Shown here piece after piece: positions 52,946 to 63,567 of a DNA stretch of 64,000 bases. The translations under genes and the position numbers were made by a program. The stretch is from an uncultured Bacillota bacterium (GTDB lineage Bacteria > Bacillota_I > Bacilli_A > RFN20 > CAG-288), in assembly GCA_949282275.1 (NCBI GenBank), contig CASDOO010000010.1, forward strand, positions 36,597 to 100,596. The letters are read 5' to 3'. Below the pieces are notes generated by a model that saw only the letters and a list, made by a program, of their open reading frames with translations, was not told where the DNA came from and ran no database searches. How positions within the stretch are numbered: position 1 is the first letter of the stretch; every line of letters starts with the position of its first letter.

Positions 52946-53875
52946 TCACTTCTTCCGGGAATGGAGATAGTCGTAATGAATCTGCGTCGCGGCAAGGGAA
53001 CCGTCGGCAACGGCCATGGTAATCTGGCGAAGCGGCGTGTTGCGACAATCGCCGATGGCATAGAGATTTTGTACTTGGGTCTTCATCGTGGTCGGATCGG
53101 CCTTGAGGAATCCTCTCTCGTCGGCAACGCCGGGAATCTGCAGGAATCCCGTGACCGGAATGGATCCGACATAGACGAACATGCCTTGGACAGCAAGCTC
53201 CATTTCCTCGCCGGTCTTCGAATTCTTGACGGTGACAGCCTCCAAGGAATCCGTTCCGCGGCAGGCGATGCACTGATAGGGAGCGAGAATCCGACTGTTT
53301 TCGAAGGCGCGGAATCTCTCGACGGCTTCTTCCTGGGCACGGAACTCTTCCCTTCTGGCGACGAGGGTGACGGAATGGCATATGGAGCAAAGATAGCAGG
53401 CTTCCTCGAAGGCAGCATTTCCCGAGCCGATGACAAGGACGTCCTTTCCCTTGTAGAAGGGTCCGTCGCAGACGGCACAGGTGCTGATGCCCTTGCGCTT
53501 GAAGGTTTCCTCGCCCGGAACATGATAAGGCCTATCGGCAAGACCGTTTGCCAGGAGGACGTATGGGAACGTTCTCTCCTCCTTGCCATAGGTCACGCTG
53601 AAAGTGCCATCGGCGTTCTGATAGACGCCGTTGATTTCGCTATAGATGGGCTTGATATCCAGATTCTTGAGCTGTTGCGCAATCTGGAGTCCGAGCTCCG
53701 GTCCTTTCACGCCAAGGTAGCCAGGATAGTTCTCGATCTTCTCGGTATAGTTGGTCTTTCCGCCAATCAGATCCTTTTCGAAAACGACTGGCTCCATTCC
53801 ATAACGCTTGAGATAGATGGCAGCGGAAGCACCGGCAGGGCCACAGCCGATGATGCAGACTTCCTTTTCGTTCAT
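52946..53875 (-). CDS. trxB: Thioredoxin-disulfide reductase.
   Basis: FAD motif CIIGCGPAG and the CAVC redox centre. Confidence 0.85.
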   Translation of the reverse strand: MNEKEVCIIGCGPAGASAAIYLKRYGMEPVVFEKDLIGGKTNYTEKIENYPGYLGVKGPELGLQIAQQLKNLDIKPIYSEINGVYQNADGTFSVTYGKEERTFPYVLLANGLADRPYHVPGEETFKRKGISTCAVCDGPFYKGKDVLVIGSGNAAFEEACYLCSICHSVTLVARREEFRAQEEAVERFRAFENSRILAPYQCIACRGTDSLEAVTVKNSKTGEEMELAVQGMFVYVGSIPVTGFLQIPGVADERGFLKADPTTMKTQVQNLYAIGDCRNTPLRQITMAVADGSLAATQIHYDYLHSRKK

Positions 53876-54516
53876 AGTACAAAGCTCCTTTCGATATCGG
53901 CATAACTGGCATACCTTTCGTCCGCGACGATATCGTCCGTCTTCTTCAGGCCGAACGTGACCAAGCCTGTTTGGATATGGGAGTTCCTGCCACATTCGAT
54001 GTCGGAAAGCGAATCCCCGATGATAAAAGCTCTTTCCCGAGCTATTCCGGTTCTTTCCAGGAGGATCTCGACACCGCTGGGATGGGGTTTCGGATGCGGA
54101 TAATCTTCCAATGCAAGTATATCACCAAAATACTTGTCGAGTCCGAAATGCGAAAGGTTGTCCATGGTCGGCCTTCTTCTCTTGCTTGTCAAAATGGCAA
54201 GACGATAACCGACTTCCCTCAGCTTGGCAAGGACATCGAGCTCGCCTTCGTAGAGGGAAGAGAAGCGATTGGAATTCTTCAGGGAAAACGCCTCGAATTC
54301 CGCAAGCAGGCTTTCTTTCGGGATTCCGGGAAGGTAGCGGTCGAAGATCTCGACAAGAGGCGGCCCCGAAAAATAGACGAATTCGGTAAGGGACGGGGAT
54401 TGGACATGATATTTCTCGAACAGATGGACATAGTTAAGAACGATGTAGAGCGCCGTGTCCAGAACGGTTCCGTCCAAGTCGAAGATAATCAGATCGACGT
54501 CATTTCTCTTCTTCAT
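53872..54516 (-). CDS. HAD-superfamily hydrolase.
   Basis: DLDGT motif I, 214 aa. Confidence 0.8.
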   Translation of the reverse strand: MKKRNDVDLIIFDLDGTVLDTALYIVLNYVHLFEKYHVQSPSLTEFVYFSGPPLVEIFDRYLPGIPKESLLAEFEAFSLKNSNRFSSLYEGELDVLAKLREVGYRLAILTSKRRRPTMDNLSHFGLDKYFGDILALEDYPHPKPHPSGVEILLERTGIARERAFIIGDSLSDIECGRNSHIQTGLVTFGLKKTDDIVADERYASYADIERSFVL

Positions 54517-55516
54517 CGTTCTTCCTCGAGAGTTCCCTTATGCGGCCCATATCCAGACCGTCGAGCGAATCCCCCTTGGCAGAGACGGCCACTTCCTGAA
54601 CATCTCCAGCTCTTTCCTTCAGATAAAGGATTGCCTTGTGCAGGAATGGGATCCTGTCGAAGAGATGCAGGCTGTTGTCAAGGTAGCGAAGAAGATGGTT
54701 CAGGACAATGCAGACGGCGCCGATGACGATAAAGGCTATCGCCATTGCCTGGGAATGGGGGTCGTCCGTCCCGCCCATGATGAATCGGGAATTCCGCAGA
54801 GGTTCCAGGATAAAGCGGATGATGCCATAGGAAATGAAATAGGCAAAAGTGGAATCGCCGTTCTTATAATGCTTTCCCTCCAAGGTCTCCAATCCCGTCG
54901 TCATCAGGAAGTAGAAGGCGATATTGATGACACCTTCCACAAGGAAGAGCGGAGCGGCTATCGATCCTTCCGGTATGATAATGCCGTTTCCGCCAAGCAT
55001 CGGGCTGTTTCCGTTCTGCATGTTGTTCGTAATGAAAGACGGAAGGAAAGACCACGCCTCTTCCGAAACGACCTGTCCGAAAACCTCCTGATTGAAGAAA
55101 TTCCCCCATCGTCCGACGGCTTGCGCGACGATGATCGTCGGAACGGCGAAATCCGTGCATTGGAGAAGCGGTGTCCCCTTTCTCCGGAAAAAGGCGACAA
55201 GGCCACCGGCAAGGACACCCGCAATCGCCCCTCCCTGGATGGCAAGACCGCCATTCCAGATGTAGAACATGCTGATGGGATTGTCCTGGAACTCCGGCCA
55301 CGAGGCAATGACATACCAGATTCTCGCGCCGATGATTCCGCACGGGAAGGCAACGACGAATATCGTCAGGAAGAAGGACCATTCAAAGCCTTTCTTGTGT
55401 GCCCTGTAGCTTGACAGGAAAAGGGCAAGCAAGGCACCGACAAGAATGAAGACGGCATAGAAGTGAAGAACGGGATTCTCTTTCGGGATGCCCTGCCAGT
55501 AAGCGAGCGTACCCAT
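54500..55516 (-). CDS. lgt: Prolipoprotein diacylglyceryl transferase with a roughly 45-aa C-terminal tail.
   Basis: Lgt signature region and multi-TM architecture. Confidence 0.9.
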   Translation of the reverse strand: MGTLAYWQGIPKENPVLHFYAVFILVGALLALFLSSYRAHKKGFEWSFFLTIFVVAFPCGIIGARIWYVIASWPEFQDNPISMFYIWNGGLAIQGGAIAGVLAGGLVAFFRRKGTPLLQCTDFAVPTIIVAQAVGRWGNFFNQEVFGQVVSEEAWSFLPSFITNNMQNGNSPMLGGNGIIIPEGSIAAPLFLVEGVINIAFYFLMTTGLETLEGKHYKNGDSTFAYFISYGIIRFILEPLRNSRFIMGGTDDPHSQAMAIAFIVIGAVCIVLNHLLRYLDNSLHLFDRIPFLHKAILYLKERAGDVQEVAVSAKGDSLDGLDMGRIRELSRKNDEEEK

Positions 55517-55517
55517 T

Positions 55518-56606
55518 TCACTTGCCTTCCTTCATGAACTTCTCGTCGACGATCATTCTCTTCTTCTCTTCTTCCGGATAGTTCGACTCCGGGTTTATGA
55601 GACCGACCTGGATGCTTTCCTTATCCCCCTTTGAGGCAGAGCTTTCGTCCTGTCCATGGAAGACAAGCATCTCGGCTTCCCTTTTCTCCATCTGCTTCTT
55701 TTCCTGAAGCTCGACAAGCCTTCTTTGGAACTCATAGCCCGTGTCGTAACCGAAATCCTTGAGCTTGAAGTTCGTGACGGCCGCCTCGATGATGTCGGAC
55801 ATGGAGCGGGCCGCCGAAACGGGAAGCTTGACCATAGGAACGAACTCGCCGAGGATCTCATAGCGATCGGTCTTCATCCCGACCCTTTCCATCGGTTCGT
55901 TCCGATTGAAGGAGACGAGATTGACGACAAAGGATATCTTCGCGCTCTTGGAGAGGGAATTGATGCCGAACATCCTGGCGACATCGATAATGCCGATGCC
56001 GCGGACTTCCATCATGCCATAGATGGATTCCGGACAGGTTCCGATAAGCTTGCCGCGGACATCCCGGATATCGACCCTGTCATCGGCGATGAGACGATGG
56101 CCTTTCTTGATCAGGTCCAGGGAGATTTCGGACTTTCCGATGCCGGACTCGCCAAGGATCAGGACGCCAATGCCATAGATTTCCATGAGTCCCGCATGGA
56201 CGGCCGTCTTGGGGGCAAGGGCTTCCGCAAGATAGACATACATGTCCGCAGAAAGACGGGAGGTATCGGCATCGGAAGAGAAAATGGGGCAATTCGTTTC
56301 CCTTGCCGCCCTCATGATGGGTTCCGGACAGCTATCCCCATGGGTGACGATGATGCACGGACACTCATTGGAACAGATCTTGAGTGCGTTGAGATAGACG
56401 AAATTCGGATCGGAATCCTTGATAAGGGCCATTTCCTTATGGCCGATGATCATGATCCTATCCTTCTCGTGGAACTGGAAGATTCCCAAAAGCTCGACGC
56501 CGGGACGATCCAGCTCGGCGACGGTGATACGACGCTTCAGGCTTTCCAGGTCCCCGTTAAGAAGCCGGAAGCCGAAGTGATTTGCCAAATCCAGACTGGT
56601 AAGCAT
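55518..56606 (-). CDS. hprK: HPr kinase/phosphorylase with a roughly 50-aa acidic C-terminal tail.
   Basis: Walker A GESGIGKSE and the HprK C-terminal domain. Conserved hprK-lgt order. Confidence 0.9.
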   Translation of the reverse strand: MLTSLDLANHFGFRLLNGDLESLKRRITVAELDRPGVELLGIFQFHEKDRIMIIGHKEMALIKDSDPNFVYLNALKICSNECPCIIVTHGDSCPEPIMRAARETNCPIFSSDADTSRLSADMYVYLAEALAPKTAVHAGLMEIYGIGVLILGESGIGKSEISLDLIKKGHRLIADDRVDIRDVRGKLIGTCPESIYGMMEVRGIGIIDVARMFGINSLSKSAKISFVVNLVSFNRNEPMERVGMKTDRYEILGEFVPMVKLPVSAARSMSDIIEAAVTNFKLKDFGYDTGYEFQRRLVELQEKKQMEKREAEMLVFHGQDESSASKGDKESIQVGLINPESNYPEEEKKRMIVDEKFMKEGK

Positions 56607-56669
56607 AAGGTATACCTCAAATAATCATTTCCATTATATCGAATTCCGTCCCTTCTTTCCTTTATAGGA

Positions 56670-59510
56670 CTAACGGCGATATTTCTCCTTCTCCAGCTCC
56701 CGGCGGAGATAATGGCCCGTATAGCTCTTTTCGCAGTCCACGATGTCTTCCGGACGTCCCTCGAAGATAAGTGTGCCGCCCCTATCGCCGCCTTCGGGGC
56801 CGAGGTCGATAATCCAGTCGGCGCATTTGATGACGTCGAGATTGTGTTCGATGACGACGACGGAGTTTCCCGAATCGACAAGCCTGTCCAGGACGGCGAT
56901 GAGCTTGCTGATGTCGTAGGGATGAAGGCCGGTCGTCGGCTCGTCGAGGATATAGAGCGTCCTTCCGTCGCTGACCTTTTCCAACTCAAAGGCTAGCTTG
57001 ACTCTCTGCGCCTCGCCGCCGGAGATGGTCGTCGAAGATTGGCCAAGCTTCATATAGCCCAGTCCGACATCGACAAGCGTCTTCAGTTTCCGCCGAATCT
57101 GGGGATGGGCACTGAAGAAATCCAACGCCTCTTCCGCCGTCATCTCGAGAACATCGGCAATGTTCTTGCCCTTGTATCGAATCTGCAGGACATCGTCCGT
57201 ATATCTTTTGCCGTTGCAGACATCGCACGTGACATAGACATCCGGAAGGAAGTTCATCGAGATCCTCTTGACCCCGGCCCCTTGGCAAGCTTCGCAACGG
57301 CCACCTGGCATATTGAAAGAGAACATGGATTTTCCCATGCCTTTGATCTTGGCTTCCGGCGTCGAAGCGAAAACATCGCGGATATCATCGAAAACCTTGA
57401 TATATGTCGCTGGGTTGGAACGTGGCGTCCTTCCGATTGGTTCCTGGGAAACATTTATGACTTTCGAGAGGAGTTTGACATTATCGATGCCATCGCATTC
57501 TCCTTTTTCCGTCTCCTTGAAGCCCAAGGCATGGCGAACGTTGCGATAGAGGACCTCATCGATCAAAGAGGACTTGCCCGATCCGGAAACGCCCGTGACG
57601 ACAACGAAATTTCCTAGCGGGATATCCACGTCGATATTCTTGAGATTGTGACAATGCGCATTATGTATCCTCAAGCACTTCGAATAGGACCTTCTCCTTG
57701 TCGGCGAGGCGATGAGTTTCCGCCCGGAGAGATAGTCACCGGTCAGGGAATCCTTGCACTGGATCAGACCTTCCGGTTTTCCGGAATACACGATCGTTCC
57801 GCCGTGCTCGCCGGCTTCCCTTCCAATATCGACGACATAGTCCGAAGCCAGGATGGTATCTTCGTCGTGCTCGACGACGATAAGAGAATTGCCGAGGTCA
57901 CGCATTTCCTTCAGCGTGGCGATAAGCTTGTCGTTGTCCCTTTGGTGAAGTCCGATGGATGGCTCGTCGAGAACATAGAGGACCCCCGTGAGCTTGGAAC
58001 CGATCTGGGTCGCAAGACGAATACGCTGGCTTTCTCCGCCCGAAAGGGTTGAGGCGGTTCTGGAAAGGGTAAGATAGTCCAGGCCCACATCGATGAGGAA
58101 CTTCAGCCTGTTCTTGATTTCGTTGATGATCATTGTGGCAATCGTCCTCTGCATATCCGATAGGACAAGGTTGTCAAAGAAGCGATAGATCTTTTCCAGG
58201 CTCATCGAACAAAGTTCGAAGATGTTGAGTCCTCCGACGCGAACGGAAAGGACCGTCTTCGACAGTCTGGCGCCATGGCAGGTCGGGCATTCCTTCTCCG
58301 ACATGAAGGAACCGTAATACTCCTTCATGAATTCGCTCTTGGTCGTCATGTAGAGTCTATCGATCCTGGCCTTGAGGCCTTCGATGACCGTCTTCCGGAT
58401 CATCGAACCGTTCTGGGAACGATAGGTATAGTTCACCGGCTCGGGCGGGCCATAGATGATGATATTCCGCTGTCTTTCGGAAAGACGGTTGAACGGCGTC
58501 TTCGTGGATATGCCGTATTTGTCGAGAACGGCATAGAAATCGTTCCACTCGATCGTCTCGTGATTCCTTTTCGGAAGGCAGGCAATCGCCCCATCGTCGA
58601 TGGAAAGGGAAGGATCGGCAATCATGAGGGAAGGATCCGCTTCGATCTTGACGCCAAGGCCATTGCAGTCCGGACAGCACCCAAGCGGATTGTTGAAGGA
58701 AAAGAGTCTCGGCTCAAGCGCAGGGACGGAAAAGCCACAGAGAGGACAGGACTGATGTTCGGAATAAAGCTTCTCCTGTCCGTTGACGTCGATCAGGACG
58801 AAGCCGTTGGCAAAATCCAGGGCGGTTCTAAGGGAATCGAAAAGGCGTCCTTCGTTTTCCTTGTTGAGAAGAAGACGATCGATGGCAAAGGAAATCGTGT
58901 GCTTGTTGTTCTTCTCCAACAACGGGATTTCCTCATAGCGAGTCAGGTTTCCGCCATCGATCTTGGCGCGCGTGAATCCGGCGTCGAAGAATTTGCGCAT
59001 GGTCTGCATGTGTGTTCCCTTCTCGTTCTGGACGACTGGGGCATAGACGGTAACCCGGCTTCCGTCCGGATTCTTCCGGATGGCGTTGAATACCTGCTGA
59101 AGGGAAGAGGCTTGGATCGGAAGATTGTGTTCCGGACAATAGGCAACGCCGATACGGGCGTAGAGAAGACGGAGATAATCATAGATTTCCGTAACGGTGC
59201 CGACTGTCGAACGGGGATTGTGGGACGTCGTCTTCTGATCGATGGAGATGGCTGGTGAAAGACCATCGATGGAATCGACATCCGGCTTCGAGAAATCCCC
59301 AAGGAACTGCCTGGCATAGCTGGAAAGGGATTCGACATATCTTCGCTGCCCCTCGGCAAAGATCGTGTCAAAGGCAAGGGTCGACTTGCCCGATCCGGAA
59401 ACGCCGGAAAAGACAACGAGGGAGTTTTTCGGTATTTCGACATCGACGTCCTTCAGGTTGTTCTCCCTGGCACCCTTGACGACGATATAGTCCTTATAGT
59501 TTTCTGTCAT
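56670..59510 (-). CDS. uvrA: Excinuclease ABC subunit A.
   Basis: Two ABC ATPase modules, zinc fingers, 946 aa. Confidence 0.95.
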   Translation of the reverse strand: MTENYKDYIVVKGARENNLKDVDVEIPKNSLVVFSGVSGSGKSTLAFDTIFAEGQRRYVESLSSYARQFLGDFSKPDVDSIDGLSPAISIDQKTTSHNPRSTVGTVTEIYDYLRLLYARIGVAYCPEHNLPIQASSLQQVFNAIRKNPDGSRVTVYAPVVQNEKGTHMQTMRKFFDAGFTRAKIDGGNLTRYEEIPLLEKNNKHTISFAIDRLLLNKENEGRLFDSLRTALDFANGFVLIDVNGQEKLYSEHQSCPLCGFSVPALEPRLFSFNNPLGCCPDCNGLGVKIEADPSLMIADPSLSIDDGAIACLPKRNHETIEWNDFYAVLDKYGISTKTPFNRLSERQRNIIIYGPPEPVNYTYRSQNGSMIRKTVIEGLKARIDRLYMTTKSEFMKEYYGSFMSEKECPTCHGARLSKTVLSVRVGGLNIFELCSMSLEKIYRFFDNLVLSDMQRTIATMIINEIKNRLKFLIDVGLDYLTLSRTASTLSGGESQRIRLATQIGSKLTGVLYVLDEPSIGLHQRDNDKLIATLKEMRDLGNSLIVVEHDEDTILASDYVVDIGREAGEHGGTIVYSGKPEGLIQCKDSLTGDYLSGRKLIASPTRRRSYSKCLRIHNAHCHNLKNIDVDIPLGNFVVVTGVSGSGKSSLIDEVLYRNVRHALGFKETEKGECDGIDNVKLLSKVINVSQEPIGRTPRSNPATYIKVFDDIRDVFASTPEAKIKGMGKSMFSFNMPGGRCEACQGAGVKRISMNFLPDVYVTCDVCNGKRYTDDVLQIRYKGKNIADVLEMTAEEALDFFSAHPQIRRKLKTLVDVGLGYMKLGQSSTTISGGEAQRVKLAFELEKVSDGRTLYILDEPTTGLHPYDISKLIAVLDRLVDSGNSVVVIEHNLDVIKCADWIIDLGPEGGDRGGTLIFEGRPEDIVDCEKSYTGHYLRRELEKEKYRR

Positions 59511-59703
59511 AAGTCAAAGTACTCCGAACCTTAATTATAAATCATCCTCTTAGGAAGATTGTGTCGGACGCGTAAAATTTTGGCTAGGCATTTGCCAGGA
59601 AAAAAGATACCATTCATGGCTACGATTCTTTCCTCTTGCGAATCTTATTCAAAAAGCTTGGTTCCGAATTTGTCCTTTTCGCTCTGTTATTTAGGATTCG
59701 GTT

Positions 59704-61005
59704 TTACTCCAGAACAATACCATCTTCATCCATCTTGATTCCTGTTTCATAGAACGCCTTAACGAAGGATATCATATGTTCAATATCCTTTATGGCGCAT
59801 AATTCATTGGATGAGTGCATCGCAAGCTGTGCGATGCCGATATCGCAGCTGATCAAGGAGACCTCGGAATTGGAAATGTTCCCGAGCGTGGATCCTCCGC
59901 GAAGGTCGCTTCTGTCCGTGTATTCCTGGAAGGGTATGCCGTTCTTTCTGGCAATCATCTTCACGATGGCACAGGAGAGGGCATCGGTCGTATAGGATTG
60001 CCTGGCGCTATGCTTGATGACGACGCCCTTCCCCAAAAGGACCTTGGTCGTCGAATCCGAGATTTCGGGATGATTAGGATGATTGGCATGGGCGTTGTCG
60101 ATGCTCAGGGATACCGAGGAGGCGATGCTCTTCTCGTATTCCCAAGCCATATGCCGGCAGATTCTCGAAAGGCTGTCCTTCAGGAAAGTGGAATTTGCCC
60201 CTTGCTTTGTCAGGCTGCCGACCTCTTCGTTGTCGAAGGCGGCAAAGACAGGGATTTCCTTTTCCCCTTCCGCTTCCAGGAAAGCCAGAAAAGCCGAGTA
60301 GCAGGAGGCGAGGTCATCCAGCTTCGGGGAGGAAAGAAATTCTTCGTGAAGGCCGACCTTCCTCGGCTTGTCGCGATTCGTCAGGAAAAGGTCGAAGGAG
60401 AGGACTTCCTCTTTTTCGACGCCGAGTTCCTTGGCAAGAAAGGCCTTGAAATCGAAGTCCTCCGTGCCGATCAAGGGAAGCATGTCCTTGGCGGCATTGA
60501 ACTTCATCCCTTCGTTCACGGTCCTATTCATGTGGATACAGAGATTCGGAATGAAGAGAAGGTCCCTGTCCGGGGAGAAAAGAAAGCTCTTTATCCTCCC
60601 TTCCCTTTCGACAAGGACGCGTCCGGAAAGCGTCAGTGGCCTATCCATCCAGGTCGAATCGATCATTCCGCCATAGGGTTCGACGTTGAGGACATAGCCG
60701 TCATCGGTGGAAACGACAGGATTGGGCTTGACCTTGAACGTCGGCGAATCCGTATGGACAAGGGAAAGATGGAATCCCGTTTTGGCTCCTATTGGCAGAC
60801 GGAAGGCGATAAGACTCGAGCCGTTGCGGGTAACGAAGTATTTTCCGCCCTCTTCCAGTTCCCACGTCCTCTCTTCGCGTAACTCCACATAGCCCTCGCT
60901 TTCAAGCCTTTTTGCAAGCAGCGAGACGACATGGAAGGGCGAGTGGGATCTTCCAAGATATTCCATGACCTTTTCGACTTTTTCCATTTTGTTGTCCTTT
61001 CCCAA
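59704..61005 (-). CDS. M18-family aminopeptidase.
   Basis: M18 metal-binding region motifs, 433 aa. Confidence 0.7.
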   Translation of the reverse strand: MGKDNKMEKVEKVMEYLGRSHSPFHVVSLLAKRLESEGYVELREERTWELEEGGKYFVTRNGSSLIAFRLPIGAKTGFHLSLVHTDSPTFKVKPNPVVSTDDGYVLNVEPYGGMIDSTWMDRPLTLSGRVLVEREGRIKSFLFSPDRDLLFIPNLCIHMNRTVNEGMKFNAAKDMLPLIGTEDFDFKAFLAKELGVEKEEVLSFDLFLTNRDKPRKVGLHEEFLSSPKLDDLASCYSAFLAFLEAEGEKEIPVFAAFDNEEVGSLTKQGANSTFLKDSLSRICRHMAWEYEKSIASSVSLSIDNAHANHPNHPEISDSTTKVLLGKGVVIKHSARQSYTTDALSCAIVKMIARKNGIPFQEYTDRSDLRGGSTLGNISNSEVSLISCDIGIAQLAMHSSNELCAIKDIEHMISFVKAFYETGIKMDEDGIVLE

Positions 61006-61030
61006 AAAGCGGCCCGAAAGCCGCTTCGAT

Positions 61031-61999
61031 TCATTCGTTCTTGTCTTCCTTGCGGAAGATGTAGTCTATGCAGTATGTCGGCCTGTTCCTCGTGTTGATG
61101 ACGACGTTGTGAAGATAGAGCGCGAGAATGCCGATGAAGAAGAGCAGGACGGAGATCCCCAGGAAGACGCCAGAGAGGATCAGGAAGAGGACAAGGGGGC
61201 CCGAGTCGAAGGTCAGCACCTGGAAATGGCCGAGGAAGTAGAAAAGCAGAAGGACGACAAACACAAAAGCGAAGAATGCCGAGGCGATGGCTCCAGCCTT
61301 TATGGGAAGATAGAGCGGCTTCGTCGTTCCCGAGGAAATGATGTCGAAGGCATAGTTGACCATCTTCTTGATGTTGTATTTGCTCTTTCCCGCCTTTCTC
61401 TTCTCCCTTTCGAAGTCGATCTGGCAAGTCTTGAATCCGACAAGCGGAATCTCGTTGACAAGAAGCCTGTCCTTCTCCGGAAGGGCCATGATCCGGTCGA
61501 CCGCCCTCCTTGAAAGACCGCGGAAGCAATTGACATTGGAGGGGAGGACTTCCTTTCCCTCAAGCGAATTGGTGAAGCGATAGAAGAAGGCCGCCGAATT
61601 TCTCTTGAAGTACGTATCCGTCTGCCGCGAGGCGCGGTGGGGATTGACGACATCATAGCCTTCCTCGAACTTGGCGCAGATCTTGGCAATCATCGAAATG
61701 GGGTCCTGAAGGTCCGCATCCATCATGATGACATAATCGGATTTCGAAGAGGCAAGACCTGCAGTCAGGGCCGGATTCTGTCCAAAGTTCCGGGACAGGT
61801 TGACGATATTGACGTCATCCCGTTCCTCGTAGATTTTCTTCATCGTCTGAAGCGTGCCATCCTTCGAACCGTCGTTTACCAGGATAAAGTCGAAGGAAAA
61901 GCCTTCGATGGTCGGAAGGACCTCGTCGACCGCCTCGAAGTAGTAGGGAAGGACCGTCTCTTCGTTGTAGCACGGAAGGATAATGCTTACCGTTTTCAT
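61031..61999 (-). CDS. GT2-family glycosyltransferase (GtrB/CsbB-like polyprenyl-phosphate sugar synthase).
   Basis: N-terminal …ILPCYNEE… GT-A domain, DAD motif, two C-terminal TM segments. Confidence 0.8.
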   Translation of the reverse strand: MKTVSIILPCYNEETVLPYYFEAVDEVLPTIEGFSFDFILVNDGSKDGTLQTMKKIYEERDDVNIVNLSRNFGQNPALTAGLASSKSDYVIMMDADLQDPISMIAKICAKFEEGYDVVNPHRASRQTDTYFKRNSAAFFYRFTNSLEGKEVLPSNVNCFRGLSRRAVDRIMALPEKDRLLVNEIPLVGFKTCQIDFEREKRKAGKSKYNIKKMVNYAFDIISSGTTKPLYLPIKAGAIASAFFAFVFVVLLLFYFLGHFQVLTFDSGPLVLFLILSGVFLGISVLLFFIGILALYLHNVVINTRNRPTYCIDYIFRKEDKNE

Positions 62000-62033
62000 A
62001 TGGATGGCTCCTTTTTTGTCACCTTGGATTGTA

Positions 62034-62354
62034 TCACAGCCCTTCTTCTTTTTCTCGGTACTCCGGATTTTTTTCGCCGCAGTTTGGACACCTGTCCTCC
62101 TCTTTCGGATAGAGGGTATCGCACCGCGGACAGCGGACGCCCTGATGGACCTCGGGAAGATTCTCGCGCGTCAGGAAGGAATAGAAAAGAAGGAAGAGGA
62201 AGACGATCAGAAAGGCGATGGCAAGCCCCAAGGAAAAGGAGTGCCAATACCCCGTTTCATCAAGGCTTTCCGGAAGGACGCCATAAAGGACGAATAGGGT
62301 CAACGAAAGGGAAGGAAGGACGGCAAGGAGGACAGGAAAAACTTTTCCTTTCAT
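62034..62354 (-). CDS. Small membrane protein with a C-terminal zinc-ribbon (CPRC…CPNC).
   Basis: Two or three TM segments followed by a Cys4 ribbon. Overlaps the pepT start by 4 nt. Confidence 0.45.
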   Translation of the reverse strand: MKGKVFPVLLAVLPSLSLTLFVLYGVLPESLDETGYWHSFSLGLAIAFLIVFLFLLFYSFLTRENLPEVHQGVRCPRCDTLYPKEEDRCPNCGEKNPEYREKEEGL

Positions 62355-63541
62355 CCGATCATCAGCTCACGGACGACATCGACCATCCGCTCCATTTCGA
62401 AAAGATCAACATATTCATACTGGCCATGGCAATTGTAGTCCCCCGTCCCGAGATTCGGACACGGAAGTCCCTTGAACGAGAGCTGGCTTCCGGTCGTTCC
62501 GCCACGGATGGCCTCATAGGCATAGGGAATGGCAAGCCTGGAATAGACCTCTTCCATCTCCTTGGAGACGGAAGGATACTTGTCGAGAACGTTCTTCATG
62601 TTGTGATACTGCTCATGGATGGAAAGGGAGATAGCCTCATAGCCAAGACGCTCGTTGAGCCTTCTGGCCGTGAAGCGCGCCAAGGCAATCATTCTCTGAA
62701 TCTCTTCCTCGTCAAAGGAACGGACGATGTACTCCGCCTTGGCGGAATCCTCGCTTCCGTTGATGGCACAGAGGTGATAGAAAGGTTCTTTTCCGGTCGT
62801 GTGCTCCGGACGAAGGGCATGCGGCAGGCTATCGTGGAATTCCATCAGCACCTCGCTGGCATTGACAAGCTTGTCCTTTGCCGATCCGGGATGGATGGAC
62901 TTCCCCTTGACCACGACATCCATGGCATAGGCCGTAAAGGATTCGATGGCAATGAGGCGATAATCCCCGCCATCGACCGTATAGCCATATTCGCTATCGA
63001 CAATTTCCATGGAAACATGCTCGGCATCAGCACCGATTTCTTCGTCTGTCGTAAAGATGATTTCAAGAGGACGATGGTCTTTGTTGCTCAAAACGTCCGT
63101 CAAAGCCGTCATGATGATCGCCATTCCCGCTTTGTCATCTCCACCAAGAAGCGTCGTTCCGTCGGTAATGACGATAGGATGGTTCAGGGCATTGGCAAGA
63201 TGCGGAAAATCCTTTTCGGAAAGCACCCTTCCTTCGGAAAGAGGAATGTCCTTTCCTTCATAGGTGACGACCCGTGCCTTGACATCCTTTCCGGAAGCCT
63301 GGGGCGATGTGTCCATATGGGCAAGGAAGGCGACTTTCTTCTTTTCGGGATTTCCGTAAAACTTGCAGTCGATCACGCCAAAGCGATTGATGCTGATTTC
63401 ATCCGGATGAAGCCCAAAGAGCTCGCGCATCATCTCGTCGGCAAGAAGCATCATCTTCTCGTTCGAGCAGCGGTCGCTCCTTTCCTCGCCAGCCGTCGTC
63501 TCATAGGAAACGTATTTCAGAAAACGATCCAGGACAGTCAT
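62351..63541 (-). CDS. pepT: Peptidase T (tripeptide aminopeptidase, M20B).
   Basis: M20 metal-binding motifs (…HMDTSP…), 396 aa. Confidence 0.85.
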   Translation of the reverse strand: MTVLDRFLKYVSYETTAGEERSDRCSNEKMMLLADEMMRELFGLHPDEISINRFGVIDCKFYGNPEKKKVAFLAHMDTSPQASGKDVKARVVTYEGKDIPLSEGRVLSEKDFPHLANALNHPIVITDGTTLLGGDDKAGMAIIMTALTDVLSNKDHRPLEIIFTTDEEIGADAEHVSMEIVDSEYGYTVDGGDYRLIAIESFTAYAMDVVVKGKSIHPGSAKDKLVNASEVLMEFHDSLPHALRPEHTTGKEPFYHLCAINGSEDSAKAEYIVRSFDEEEIQRMIALARFTARRLNERLGYEAISLSIHEQYHNMKNVLDKYPSVSKEMEEVYSRLAIPYAYEAIRGGTTGSQLSFKGLPCPNLGTGDYNCHGQYEYVDLFEMERMVDVVRELMIG

Positions 63542-63567
63542 TCTTGTTTCTCCTTTGTTGTCGGTAT

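Noticed and set aside
59511-59703. LexA (Cheo-box) site upstream of uvrA.
   Set aside because: Only partial GAAC/GTTC fragments (CGAACC…, GGTTCCGAA) without the CGAAC-N4-GTTCG arrangement.
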